From Guillardia theta CCMP2712 (lineage: Eukaryota; Protista; Cryptophyta): DNA of 55,556 bases. The stretch spans positions 383,521 to 439,076 of the forward strand of contig NW_005434600.1 in NCBI RefSeq assembly GCF_000315625.1, given 5' to 3'. A program made the translations under genes and the position numbers. The notes under the pieces were generated by a model. It was given only the letters and a program-made list of their open reading frames with translations. It had not been told where the DNA came from and searched no databases. This document shows positions 1-12,475 of this stretch, piece after piece; positions within the stretch are counted from its first letter, which is position 1, and every line of letters starts with the position of its first letter.

Positions 1-362
1 TGCTGATGAGGGCGGAGAAGGTGACTTGCTCGCTGCCACGATGCCACGTCACCTGTTGCGGCTTCACAGGCTGAAGCAAGAGTAAAGGCTGTTGAGAAGC
101 AGCTCGGCAACAACAGCAAGACCTTTGCTAAGGTTATCAGGACCTCGCTAGTCCCCTTCCTCCTCCTCCTCCTCCTCCTCCTACTCCTCCTCCTACTCCT
201 CCTCCTACTCCTACTCCTCCTCCTACTCCTACTCCTACCCCCCCCCCCTTCTACCGTCCCCTCCTTAATTTTCTCCCTCCCTCGCCTCATCTTCTTCCCT
301 TGAATTCGCTACAGGAAATCTCGGGGCTCAAGATGCAGCTCATGAGAGCGCAGAACAAGTGA
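1..362 (+). CDS. 3' end of a spliced gene, probable coiled-coil protein (partial)
   Basis: Exons 1-20, 70-132 and 315-362 joined by GT-AG introns read ...AEARVKAVEKQLGNNSKTFAK|EISGLKMQLMRAQNK*; no family recognised. Confidence 0.55.
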
Positions 363-1693
363 AGGTCTTCCCTAATGTACATACTTGTATAAATGTTAAG
401 CTAGTCCCTTCCGCTTCTTCAGCTTAAGCTAGTCCTGACCAACACAAGTCCAAGATGGAACATCGTTGTACGGTACAGACAAGTACCGGATTACAGCACA
501 TCAGTTTGCGCTAGTTCTCTACTCTCTGCATTGCGATGCAAGCAGTGACATAAACTTGGGAAAGCAATCAGTTTGATGATTCAAATGGAAAAGGCAACCC
601 GGAGCCAACGACGGAGGAAAAGGTGAACCCGGCAACAAGTCCGCCACTTACGAGGATGACTGAGAGGCGACAGTAAGTTAGTTGTGATGAGTTCGGAGTA
701 CTAGGGTGGAAAACATGACAGCGAGTTGCTGGCTGATGTTGCCAGTCACATGCTCAATCTCTTGTCCTCTTGACATCTTTATGCTATGCAAAGCTCATGC
801 GTGGAGACCCGACAACAATGGAACATACATTTAAGAGGGATGGGGGATGTAACAGGATGAAAGAGAGGTATGATAATATGTGTAAGATAGGGAAGATAAG
901 GTTCAGATGCTCCGCTTTGGCTTTCTTTTCCAGTCAGTAAAGATTCCCGCAACATCTTTGTCGTTTGATCTAAGACCCGAACCTTGAACTGATACTATGG
1001 CATAGGTAGAGGGTTTGACCCTGCTTCCCCTAAATATCTTTTTGTTTTCCCCGATTCAATTTTCAACCCTCCATACCCTCCAAACCTTCGGCATACCCTC
1101 CATCTCCCCCCTTCTCTTATTACCATTTCACTGTTAATATATGTATGGAAGGTTTATGGATAGTTCTTAGAATCATGGAGGGTTGTGCTAGGGTTCATAC
1201 CAACCATAAATCTTTCTCTCCATGCCACCATTCAATCACTGTGTGTAAAATGAGTCACCCATCCACAGAATCCTTACGTAATTGTTTTGATACACGGCAT
1301 GATAAAATATCTCAGTCAGGAGGCGGAGAAGCCTGTCGGGGCAGCCTGGTTGGCCCCGGTCAGGAGGCGGACTCCCGAACTTAAGCCGCTGTCCGATCTG
1401 GGCAGCCTGCCGCAGGAGGCTGTTGGGCCCGGTCAAGCACTGCGGCAGGGGATGTGGGATTAATATTCTCCACCCCTATTTGCTTCACATTTTTGACCCA
1501 CCCGGGCACCTACCCGAAGATTTTTGCTGAAAATCTTTCCCCGCCTTCAAACTTTAATTGCCCCTGTTTTAGAGCAGGCCAGGCAGGCCAGGGCCTGGGC
1601 CGGCTGCCGTGGGCCAGGCTGTGGGCCGGGGCCTTGAGGCTGTGTGGGGATGTGGTCACATCACAGCTTTGACAAGGCTTGTTATGCTCCGCC

Positions 1694-4600
1694 ATGAACG
1701 CCAGCAGCGCCGCCGTGGCTACACCGCAGGCCGCGGGGGTGAGGAGAATGGAGATTCTGCTGCTTGCTGCTGCTGCTGCTGCTGCTGCTTCTGCTTGCTG
1801 ATGCTCCTCCTAGAGCCGAATGATTCTTCCCACTCCTCGTCGGCGGCTTCCTGTGGAGATGATCTTTCTTCCGCAGGTCTCCATCTTCGTCTACATCCTC
1901 GGCCCTCTGGTCGGTGTCATCGCCCTGCTCGTGTGCTGCGCTTGTACCGCGTGGACCTGCGGCAAGTTTCCGAGACTTCTCCGTCGACTCCCTCGACCAT
2001 GCCGGATCTGCTGCTCGTACCAGGAGGAAGAGGATGAGATAGAGAGCGAGGAGAAAGAGTTCGATGTCGAGGCAGCGAGAGAGGCGCTGGAGGCGCGAGG
2101 AGCATGGATCATGGAAGTTCATCTCATCCGCGCCCAGAACCTCCCGAGGTTGGACTGGGCGATCAACGACAGGATGCTCATCGGGACGTCCGATCCCTTT
2201 GTCGTGCTGAAGGTGCGAGCATGGAGGAGAAGGTGAGAGGTGATGGAGGAAGCGGCAGGTCATCTCACAGAGGGAGGACGAGGATGTGGCGAGGAGGTAC
2301 GTCAAGCTCAAGCGCAAGTCGAGGGTCCTCCGAGGAACTCTCCACCCTGAGTTCAGCGAGAGCTTCAGATTTCCTCTTGGCCAGTCAGCACCGCAGGACC
2401 AGCTCGCGCTGAGGCTGGACGTGAGACAACTCGTGTAGCAGAGGAAGAGAAGGAGGAGGAGAGGGGGGTGGGGTGGTTGACTTGTTGACTAGTGCTCAGG
2501 TATGGGATTGGGATCGTTTCAAGCCTAACGACTTCTCTGGCTTTGCGGAGCTCCCGCTGGGACACTTGTTCAGGGAGGAGAAGAACGAGGTCCATCAGCT
2601 CCTCTGCTGCTGCCCGCCTGAGCTTGAGCCCAGCTATTCACCTGGTGTAACCTGAGCTGGCGGGATGGAGCTCCAGTGTTCGGAGGGATGTCGGGGAACC
2701 TTCGCTCTCAAGTGCTCATCTCACCTAAGACTCGCTCCTGCCCGCCTGACTAGGCGAGCAGACGCTCTGACCTCTTGCTGCAGGTTCAAGTTAGGATCCG
2801 CCTAGTCAAGGCCAGGAGCGCAGAGGTTGTCATCTCGGAGCGCATGGCGGGCAAGGAAGCGATCCGGCGGAACATGCAGGTCGGAGATAGCGGTATCCCC
2901 AAGGCGCTGGAGGGGCTTGACCTGAGCAAGACGAGGTGAATGAAGGAAATGCGCATGAGACGTTGAGAGAGTTGATAAGGATGGGGGTGCTGCCTGGGTC
3001 GTCGGAGGGAGTGAAAGATCGCGATGTTAGGCGAGCAATGTTGTCAGAGGACAAGGTCAGAGTTGCTTGCTGTGTTGCTTGCCGTCCTTGTCGCTGGCTC
3101 CTGCTCCCGCTGGTCGCTGGTCGCGTGAGACGAGGAGCAGGAGGAACTGGTTCGACTGCTTAGTGAAAGCGGACGGGACATGGAGAAAGCCGACATTGCA
3201 GCGGCAAGGCAAAGGGTGAATCTTACTTCGTTTCGTTCGCCTCGTTTATTAACAGCTGTGATTGAAAGATTCGTTTCATATCAGCTAAAGATGCTTCAGC
3301 TAAACTCCAGCAGACAGGTTGACAGCCCCGATAATCTCTCGAGCATATGTCCACATCAGCTCAACCCTGTCTTTCAGCGATGTCTCTTACTTCCTCGTCC
3401 TATGAGTCGGAATCTGCGCTCTTTGACGCCAAGATTTCTCTACTGCACGACAGGAGGCTGCTTTTAGTACTTCACTTCCTTCTCTCACCCTCCCTCAGCT
3501 CACGCTCTCGTTCCAGGCAAGACAGTTCGCGGCGGGAGAAATCAGCAAGAAGTGAGCTCCGTTTCTCAGCTTGTCAAACTTGCGACCACCCCTGACAACC
3601 GTGGCAGGCAGTACCACGATGCTAAGGAATCACTGATGTCGGAGTACCCACAAGTCAAGCCGACGATGCAGAAGCTGCAGAAGACGCAGAGAGATCCCAG
3701 CAGCTCCTTCAAGATCTCTTTCTCAGCTCATGACCCGACCCCAGCTGCCGCCCGGGATGTCCGGCTGACATCGCCCGCAACAAACAAGAAAGTGACGAAA
3801 ACGCTCGACATGCGATTTACCAGCGATGAAGATGAAAGGCGAAGAGGCGAGCGTGCCTCAGGTAGCGTTGTTGTTGACATTTGTCAGAATCTCATCGCTA
3901 TCAGGTGCTGCCCTCCTGCCTGCTGACAGTCTTGCTGTTGCTCCTCGTGAGGCAGACCTGCTGTTGAGTAGTTCTTTGAAACGAGAGTTCAAGATTGATG
4001 TCAACGACAGATCTGTGCTGACGAGAGAGCGAGGCAATGGTGAGAACAGTAGCAACAACAACAGCAGTAGCAACAACAACAGCAGTAGCATCATCAACAA
4101 CAACATTGACAGCAATGACAACAACCATAACAATAGCAGCAAGAACAACATCACTAATATCAAAATAACATGGACAGGAGGTTGGCCGTCGCCAACATCA
4201 ACACCAACGACAGCAACATCATGAGTAACAAGAAGACAGTCAGGATTCAAATTCCAGATGCGACAAATGCTGAAAGCGACGTTGACAAGAAGCGTCAACT
4301 GCCAGTCAATGTCACCGCGCACTCTATCCTCAAGGGGAAGCAGGAGCGAGCAGCTACCTCTGAGAGGGGATCGTCCATGAGGCAGGACGGAGGAGGAGCA
4401 AGAAATGACAACGTGGCAGCAGGCAAGAGTTTGTCACCTGCTACTCCAGCAAGGCCTTCAGCTGCCCAACTGCCCAAACTCCCGAAGCCCGAGAAGTATC
4501 GAGCTAGGAATGTGTTCGGAGGACGAGGATGGTCCGGCCAAGGTCTTGGGGGCTTGAAAGTGAAGCTTTGGGGGTGCTGAAACTGCTCAGGTGCAGCTGG

Positions 4601-4800
4601 AGCGAAGGGTCCTGGTGGCTCGACAGCAGGGCAGGTGGGACTCGTGCTCCTCTCCTCCTGTGACTCAACTCCATGCAGGCGGCGAACCAGAGAAACGAGC
4701 GGGCGAGCGAGGGAAGCATTGAGGTGAGGGAGAGGGGGAGGAGGAGGAGGAGGAGGAGGAGGAAGAACGGGGACAGGAGGTAGAAGGGGAAGCACTGAGG
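1694..4800 (+). CDS. Single-pass membrane protein with C2 domain (multi-exon, boundaries approximate)
   Basis: Hydrophobic TM segment (VSIFVYILGPLVGVIALLVCC), then C2 motifs EVHLIRAQNLPRLD...GTSDPFVVLK and VWDWDRFKPNDFSGFAELPL; low-complexity C-terminal exons. Confidence 0.7.
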
Positions 4801-5329
4801 AGGGGGACGAGGAGGTCACTGAAGTTTTGAATCCAGATGAACACGCGGCGAGTCGTTCACTTTGGCGATGGGTAGGAGATCTAGTGACATAACCGTTGAA
4901 CCGTTGAACCATGAACATGTCAAGTTGTACACAAGGAGGTGATGGATCGCATGCGAGCCGTGCCAGTCATCGGATAGCGCCGACGGTTAGCAGAACTCTC
5001 CTGTAAAACAAGACTGAGACTCGTGACGGCCCTTACCGTACGTGGTGCGCCGGAGACGGCATGACAGTAGCGCGTTGGACGCAGACGAGGGCCTTAAGTT
5101 CCTAGCCGTCTTGCTGTATCATAGTAGTACGGTGGGTGACCTACACGTCCTAGCATGCAGTACGGTCTATCTCTCATGTGCTCCTCAACCCGTTTCGTGT
5201 ACATTCAACTCGGTCTTGAGAGCAAAAAAATGTCTGAAAATGTCTTCAAGATGCAGCTGAGGTCGACCTTGTGCAACTTCGCAACAAACTCGAGCTCCAT
5301 CGGTTATGAGCCTCGAGAAACGTGCAATG

Positions 5330-5334
5330 AAAAA
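5330..5334 (-). terminator. Pol III terminator (T5) of tRNA-Ile copy 1
   Basis: TTTTT on the minus strand about 15 nt downstream of the tRNA 3' end. Confidence 0.6.
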
Positions 5335-5336
5335 GA

Positions 5337-5702
5337 TTAAGCTCCGCGTGCTCTCAACCGGGCTCGAACCGATGACCTTCGCCTTATCAGAGCGACGCGC
5401 TACCAACTGCGCTATGAGAGCTTGCAATGCAGCTGCTGACAACTCTACATATACCTGTGTGACCACCCCTACCCCCTCCAGATGTACCCACCCTTATCTT
5501 CACAGCAAACTACCCCCTTCTTATCCTGTACCTGACTCAATCTTGTACACCCCTAACCCCCCCTGCCACACTCTCCCCTTTCTCTAGCTTCACCTGCGGC
5601 CTCGCCCCCGCCCTCCCGATGGCCGTCAGGAGTCGACGGGAGAGCGAACGGGGTGAAGGGAGTGGAGATGGAGCACAGAGAAGGGAGGGAGGGGAGAGAT
5701 GG
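5337..5702. repeat. Duplicated ~366-bp tRNA-containing block, copy 1 (copy 2 at 36763-37128)
   Basis: Colinear and indel-free match to copy 2 at a constant offset of 31426. Confidence 0.95.
5349..5421 (-). tRNA. tRNA-Ile (anticodon GAT), copy 1
   Basis: Reverse complement folds as a 73-nt cloverleaf: GCTCTCA/TGAGAGC acceptor stem, GCGC D-stem, TCGCT-CTGATAA-GGCGA anticodon arm, TTCGA T-loop, discriminator A. Confidence 0.93.
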
Positions 5703-5999
5703 CGATCCGTTGAGAAGAGCAAAGGAGAAGCTAAGGTGGAGATGCGACAAGGGAAATGCGGGGGAAAGTCAGCAGAGGGAATGCAAACGATTGATGTAGT
5801 GATGGAAGTTATCGGTAACAAGTCACAAGTTTGTTCATCTCATCTACCACGGGCCATCGTCAAAAACCGTCGGGCATTGACTCATCCCAATGTCACCACA
5901 ACAGCGGTGGCAGAAACATCAAGAGAACGTAGAAACCTCGTGAGTAGAGAAAGCTGCTTTCTTCTAAAGATTCATTGTACATGTAACAACATCAAGACT

Positions 6000-8293
6000 T
6001 CACGCCTCCACTCGCACTCGACCCGTCTTAGGCGACACAGACGCTCTGGACTCGCTCCTGCTGTTCCAGTTGAGGCCATCAGCATGGTGGGTCCTGACGT
6101 AGTTCAGCAGCCCTCGCATCAAGTCCTTGAAGAGGCTGACGATCTGCAAGTCGTCTGAGACCTTCTGTCCTTTCCCTTGATCGTTGTCCTCTTCCTTCAT
6201 GTCTTCTCTTTCCTTCATGTCTTCTTTTCCTTCTCCTCTTCTGCTTTCTTCACCTTCTCTAGTTTCTCTTGCTTCTTCCTGGCGTCTTCGAGTATCTGCC
6301 AAATCCATCACCGCGGTCCCTACCATGCTCCCGCATCTTGTCGACCTGGTTCGCAAAGACAGGAATACAGTTGACGATCTCTGAAACAAACGCGGCAGGA
6401 TTGGGCAACGTGACCCAGGCAAGCGCCTCGATGCCATTCAAGATCTAGAGAGAGCGATCAGAGGGGTGAGGGGGCAAACACAGTCTACCATCTTCTTGTG
6501 CTTCTTGTGCTTCCCCCCTGACTCCTCGTACTTGGAGATGCTTGCTAGAGCCTTAGAAGAAAAAACTCAACAAGATTGCTGATGTCACCTCCAACAACAA
6601 CTAGATCATTCTCTCCATCAGCACAACACAAACTATCATCGGCATGCCATTGCTTTCAACCTCATTTCATCCTCCTCTAATGTTATGTAACGTTTACATA
6701 CCTCGCTGGTTGGCACAAGAAGTTGCTCAAACTCCTCGTCTGAGGGTTTGGAGCCTGAAGCCACGGTGACCAGCATGTCTCGCTGACATCGAAACGCCTG
6801 CGACCAATCTCAGGGCTGAGGCATGAGGCTGCTTGCGAACCTCTTCGACGCATCGCGCGTATGATTTCAACTCGTCAGATTGCGAGCTGAGGACTTCAAC
6901 AAGGGGAGTCATCTGAACCAGAGGCTGAGGTGAGCTGCCATGGGCGCATGTTTCACCGTCACCTTGGCAATCACAAACTCGTCGTAAGCGCGAACGATCT
7001 GCTCTCTGTCATACTGCAGCAAGTCAGATTGCAGCTGAGTAACTTCAAAGAGCTCAAGGTCAGCAACTCACCGACTTTTCCATATCTTTGCTGACAACTT
7101 CCTTCTGAACCTTCCGGCTTGTCAACACTTGTCAAACCTTCACCTCAAGCCAACGAACCTTCTTCGTTCCAAACAGACCCTGCGCATAATTCTCGGCCAC
7201 AAAGGACCTCAGCGCCCGCATCAGGAGCTTCAGGCAGTCCACCAGCTTCTTGTGCTCGGGCTCCTGAGTGCGAAAGTGACCCTAGAGTGAGCGGGGGAGG
7301 GACTCGGCTGGCACCTTGTTCTCTTCAACTTTGGTAGCGAAGACCGGCAAAGCGTTAAGGGCGTCGCTAAGGTACGACACAGGGTCTTTGACGGTGACCC
7401 AACTCAAGGCCGTCATGGCGCCGGCGATCATCTGAAGGTGATATTTGACCTGCCATGGTCAAACTTGTCCGTGAACAAGGGAGGAGACTACCTGTGGGGA
7501 GGACACGCAGCCTTCGCGTTTGATCCCCTCGATCTCCTGCAGCGCCCGGTCGATCGGAACTATCCACTCATGGACCTGCACCGCTCAGCGCGTCAGCGAG
7601 TATCTTGCTGCGTCACCCTCGGGACCGTTGCTGAGGAGGGATTGGAGACTTTACAGACGTTGTCGAGGAGGACTCGCTACGTCCAGTCAGCTGCAGGACT
7701 TGAGCTCGGAACCCTCTCACCTGTGCCTGGAACGCTGCGTTAACAGCCATGGCCTGTTTTCTTAAAGGGGCTTCGAAGCATTGACAAGAATCCAAGAAGT
7801 CCTGCAGTAACCGTCAGCAACGAGCTGGCTTCCCAGCCTTCGACCTTGAGCTCCTTGGCAACGATCTTGTCGTAGCTCGTAAGCTTCGGGTCGACCTTCT
7901 CGGCAACGACAGCTGCTGGCCGTGCTTCTACGTATCCCGCAAAGGGCAGCCCAAAGAAGTATCCAGGGAGCCTCCAGCAGTCGACAACTGGAGAGGCTAC
8001 TCCTGCTGAGAGACGCTCGGCTCAGTGCAAACTTGACCAGGACACCAACAACCTTGCTGGACGACTTGAGGACAGTAGATGTGGCTGGGAGACTGCAGCG
8101 CTGTCAGCAGGCACGCGCTTGAAGCTGCCCTCTACCATGTAGTGAGCCTCGTGGAGGGAGGTCGGGGTGTAGTATGCCAAGGAAGGAGGAGTCTGCATGC
8201 TGTAGGGGACCTGTGAAGGAAGTGTTTCACGAGGCACAGGAGACTGCAACAGAATACCTGGTGATAGTATCCTTCGCCATTCGAGTTGAACAT
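6000..8293 (-). CDS. Protein with two tandem CAP/Srv2 N-terminal helical-folded-like domains
   Basis: Spliced translation gives domain 1 (LTSYDKIV...AFQAQ...HLQMIAGAMTALSWVTVKDP...LRSFVAENYAQGL) and domain 2 (VRAYDEFV...AFRCQRDML...LNGIEALAWVTLPNP...LLNYVRTHHADGLNWN). Both match CAP_N hallmarks. Confidence 0.7.
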
Positions 8294-8836
8294 TTCGAAC
8301 TCAAAAGCTGCTGGAAACGAAAGCTGCGAGCAAGGTTTTGCCCTCCACCTGACCGCGAGTCAAGATGGTGTAAAAGTTTCATCTTTTTAAAACTTCATCT
8401 GTAAATTACATTCCTCGCCATTGTTCCACTTTCATTTTTCTCACCGGAGCCTCAATCAGTGTGTTCTAATATAGACTACTCTATCGCGCATGTTATATTC
8501 CCTTATCTCCTTCTCAAGTGCCATACCTTCTTGTCTTTTCTCTGACTGTCCTTCCCTCTCGCCCTCGCTCTCCCCCTCCCTTCCTCTCGCTTTCTCTTGC
8601 CCCCCACTCCCAACCTCTCCCTCCCTCCCCTGCTGTTCAACCCCATCATATCATAATCGCTTTCAAAGTTGCACTACCCCACCCACTATCTTCTCATGGA
8701 ATATACTTGAGAAGGAGGGGTTAAGAGGCTCTTGGGTGGGTAAAAGAGAAGCAGGGGGCCCAGGAGGACGGGAGGGGGACGAAAGACGTGGAAGCAAGCG
8801 GGGAGAGGAAGGAAGGGGGGAGCAAGGGAGGTTGAG

Positions 8837-10099
8837 ATGATGCAGTATACCATGAGAGGATGGTTTCGAAGGCATCTTAGGATCAGTTTGCTGGTTACCA
8901 TGCTTTTCTCCACTGCTCTTCGAAATGTTTCATCCTTCGCCCCCCCAAGATGTCTCCCTTGTCAAGGTGCACGAGGGCAAGGTGAACGATTATCTCTTCT
9001 CTCTGCTCCATATGTGATGTCTAGACGTAGCAGTATGCCCTCGCCGCCGCTTTCAGCACCCTGGACGCCATGGATCATGGCGGAATTCAGCGGGAGCCAC
9101 AAAGCGAGCAAGCGCGACACAGGTTGAGGGATCATCGATCTTGGTGCGGACAGCGGATCCGAATGAAATATCAAACATCACGGACATTCTCGCTCATGGG
9201 TTCCTAGACGAAGAAAGGGCTAAAAGCTGGTTTGGAGCACTGGAAAGGTCGTTCCTTCGCTTCAATCTCTATGTAGGGATGCTGGACAGGCTGTTCACAG
9301 CAAATTTCAAGGAGGGGTTGGCATTGGGCGATACAATGTCACGACAGAGCAAACATGTTCACAACTTCATCATCGCCTGTGATGAGAGTGGAGAGCTTGC
9401 TGGCTCAGCAGAGATCACCATGAAGATGTATCCCTGCAAGAGGAACAGCCGTCCTGACGATCAGCTACCATACATTTGCAATGTTGTGGTGCGGAAGGAG
9501 TACAGGAAGAAAGGCTTTGGGGAAGCTCTCGTGCTAGCTTGCGAGGAAAAGGCTCTTGAAGCTGGTCTTGATGGTGAAAGCTTGAATTTGCAACACCGTT
9601 TGTAGTTCTTACCCGCACACAGAGATCTTTCTTGACACCAACAGCGACAACGTTGCTGCATTGAGGTTATGCCGCCTCCCGATTCTTGTCACTGACCGTG
9701 AGCAGTCTTTATCACAAGTTGGGCTACGTAGCTGAGGTGGTCGATCCTCACTACCGGAGCCCCAGAAAGGTCTACATGCGGAAGCGTCTCAAGGAAACAG
9801 CTCCAGAGTACACTTGAGAGGTAGAGGATGCAGCGTTGAGGTTGATGCAGGCTGAAGCCGGACGCGCTGAGCATGCATCGGATCATCAGGAAGGACGTGG
9901 AGGAGGGCGGGGGAGATGCTGATGTTGTATGTGTGCCGGTGCTCAATGACGACGAGGTTGGTTTCTCTTTTTCCTGCTTTGCGTGCTCAGTATGTATCAG
10001 ATATACCTGCCTCCCAGCTCAAAGCTTGAGCTGATGCTCGGTCCTTTCGCTCCTGTCGCAACAGCAGTCTTAGCAGCATTTGCATGGCTGCTGTTTTGA
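8837..10099 (+). CDS. GNAT-family N-acetyltransferase, probable plastid-targeted, C-terminal TM
   Basis: GNAT motifs PYICNVVVRKEYRKKGFGEALVLACEEKA and FLDTNSDNVAALSLYHKLGY; signal peptide ending VSS-FAPP; hydrophobic tail FAPVATAVLAAFAWLLF*. Confidence 0.8.
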
Positions 10100-10385
10100 C
10101 GTTTTGACGAGATGCCAGAGGGTGAGAAGTCAAGAGCTGTCTCACCACATGTGTGTTTCATCCTCTTGGAATCGTTGTCAAGAAAATTGTACAGCATTTT
10201 TTATATCGTTTTCGATTTTACTTGAATTGTCGCCAGTGGATGGCAATCAAGCAGGTGTGCGCTTGAAACAAGTTGAAGGAGTATGTCTGCCTGAATGGCG
10301 GTAAGTCACCTCTGCAAGGAGGAGTTCGAAACATGAATGTAGTCTGTTATCAGCTCCCCATATTGTGAGCAGGTTCTTGGTCGAC

Positions 10386-11014
10386 TCAACGTCGATGGGT
10401 AGAGATCAGATCACAGGTCAGAGTCAAGTCACTGCGAGTTGGAGGAGGCATAGTGTAGGATCTTACTGCCTGCGGGCAACGGATGAGACCATACCTGCGA
10501 TGTAGACTGAGTGACAAGGCAGAGGAGAAACAGCAGTAGAAGCACCTTGTCTGATCCCAGCGACGAGCCTCGCAGGGCATTCTGATTCACCGCCGCCTGG
10601 ATGCTCCAGTCTCGCATCAGGTCCACCTACATGACAGTCAGAGCTCGGAAGCAGCTGGGGTCTTCGACTGACGTAGATCAGTTGTGGGACATTCCCACGT
10701 TGCAGTCCCAGTCGGACGACCGATCCCTCTCTCCCCAGGATCAGAGGTGCGAGCTGGGCGACCGGCTTCCGGTACACGATGTGTCCGTCGATCTCATGCA
10801 AGACGTCCCCCACGCACACCAGCCCTGACCGATCTGCCGGCCCTCCGACAGCCAGAGATTTGACGTGGAGCGCCCCGGTCGAGTCAGGCTGAAAGATTAC
10901 GCCGACCCCCACCGGCTTGCTGATGCTCTGCGCTGTCTCTGCGGTCCTATTGACCACGGTTGAGCTGCTTGCAGGATGCTTCTTCTCATCATCGCGACTT
11001 GAACAACAGAACAT
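10386..11014 (-). CDS. Small PDZ-domain protein with N-terminal MFCC (possible palmitoylation)
   Basis: GVGVIFQPDSTGALHVKSLAVGGPADRSGLVCVGDVLHEIDG...ILGREGSVVRLGL is a typical PDZ pattern; the 3' exons are approximate. Confidence 0.8.
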
Positions 11015-11674
11015 AATCTGCGAGAGAGTTCAGGGAGGAACATACTTTACAGCGATACAACTAGCACTGATATGCACACTCTTGTTAGCGAATAGCTCCT
11101 TCGATTCTTCTCTTACACTAGACCTCGTTTCATCGTTCACGTCATTTCATGCATCTCTGCGCTAGTTCAAAGGTGGAAGTAGAACAGATCAATATCCTCA
11201 CCCTCCTTTGTTCCTTGCCCTCTCTTACACCATCCATCTATTGCACAGGTGTATCGTGCTCTCCTCTCTCCCTATATGGATATGCTTTAGCTGATCTCCC
11301 TTCCCTTGCCTGTTCCCTGCATTCTGAGCTCATCAACCACCTGTAGCTCTTCTCGTCAATCTCCTCCTCTGTCTCCCCTTCTGTTCCTCTCAAGGGGGGC
11401 TCTCCTCTCTCCCCTCCTCTCTCTCCCCTCCTCCACCTCTCCTCTCTCTCCTCACTCTCCCCTCCCCTCCGCCACCTCTTGCTTCTCTCTCTCTCTCTCT
11501 CTCTCTCCCCCCAACTCATATCTTAAGTGGAGGAACTTGGGGAGGGAGTTTTTTTGGAAAATCAAAGCAAGGTCTCTCATCTTAGCTAGATCTCTTCGCG
11601 TCACGAACTTTATCACCAACTTGTAGAGACAATAACTCGGTGAAGGAGGAGAATTTCGATAACCATGAAGTGGC

Positions 11675-11774
11675 NNNNNNNNNNNNNNNNNNNNNNNNNN
11701 NNNNNNNNNNNNNNNNNNNNNNNNNNNNNNNNNNNNNNNNNNNNNNNNNNNNNNNNNNNNNNNNNNNNNNNNNN
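11675..11774. other. Assembly gap (100 N)
   Basis: Run of N. Confidence 1.
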
Positions 11775-12143
11775 ATCAGATGACCTTTGCCGTCATCAGG
11801 TTCCGCTCGGAGCGAGCAGCAGAGTATGACTGACCCTCACGGCAGCGCCGCCATCATCTGCGGTTCCTTCGCTGAGAGGATGCGCTACAGCGCCATGCTC
11901 ATCTTTATCGCCATGTGGCATCTCCTCGTCTACTGTCCCGTCGCGCACTGGGCATGGGGACCTGGCGGGTTCCTGGAAGAGGCAGGATGTCTGGACTTCG
12001 CAGGAGGGGACGTGGTACATGTAAGTGCTGGGGTGTCCGGCCTCATCGCTTCCATGCTGGTGGGCAAGCGCCGGTCGCTACATCTTGGGCAGGAGCTTTC
12101 TCCGCACAACGCTCTCCTCGTCTTCCTCGGAGCCTCCCTGCTG
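11775..12143 (+). CDS. AMT: Ammonium transporter (Amt/Mep family), internal fragment only
   Basis: QMTFAVI|SAAIICGSFAERM...YCPVAHWAWGPGGFL...DFAGGDVVHVSAGVSGL...VGKRR...PHN...GASLL. The 5' part lies in the gap, and the expected WxGWxGFN exon is not found downstream. Confidence 0.9.
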
Positions 12144-12239
12144 GTGAGCCTCGTCACTTTCCCGTCCTCCTCCTTTCTCTCTGCCTTCATTTCCTTTTAC
12201 TTTTTCTCGTCCCTTTCCTTCTCTTTCCTCTTCTTTCTA

Positions 12240-12475
<236 letters not shown>

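Noticed and set aside
1060-1230. Imperfect inverted repeats (CAACCCTCCAT/ATGGAGGGTTG) suggesting a MITE
   Set aside because: Short, no target-site duplication identified, and no second copy in the window.
5185-5821. ORFs overlapping the tRNA block (and equivalents at 36668-37260)
   Set aside because: Incidental frames across a tRNA and its flank, with no protein features.
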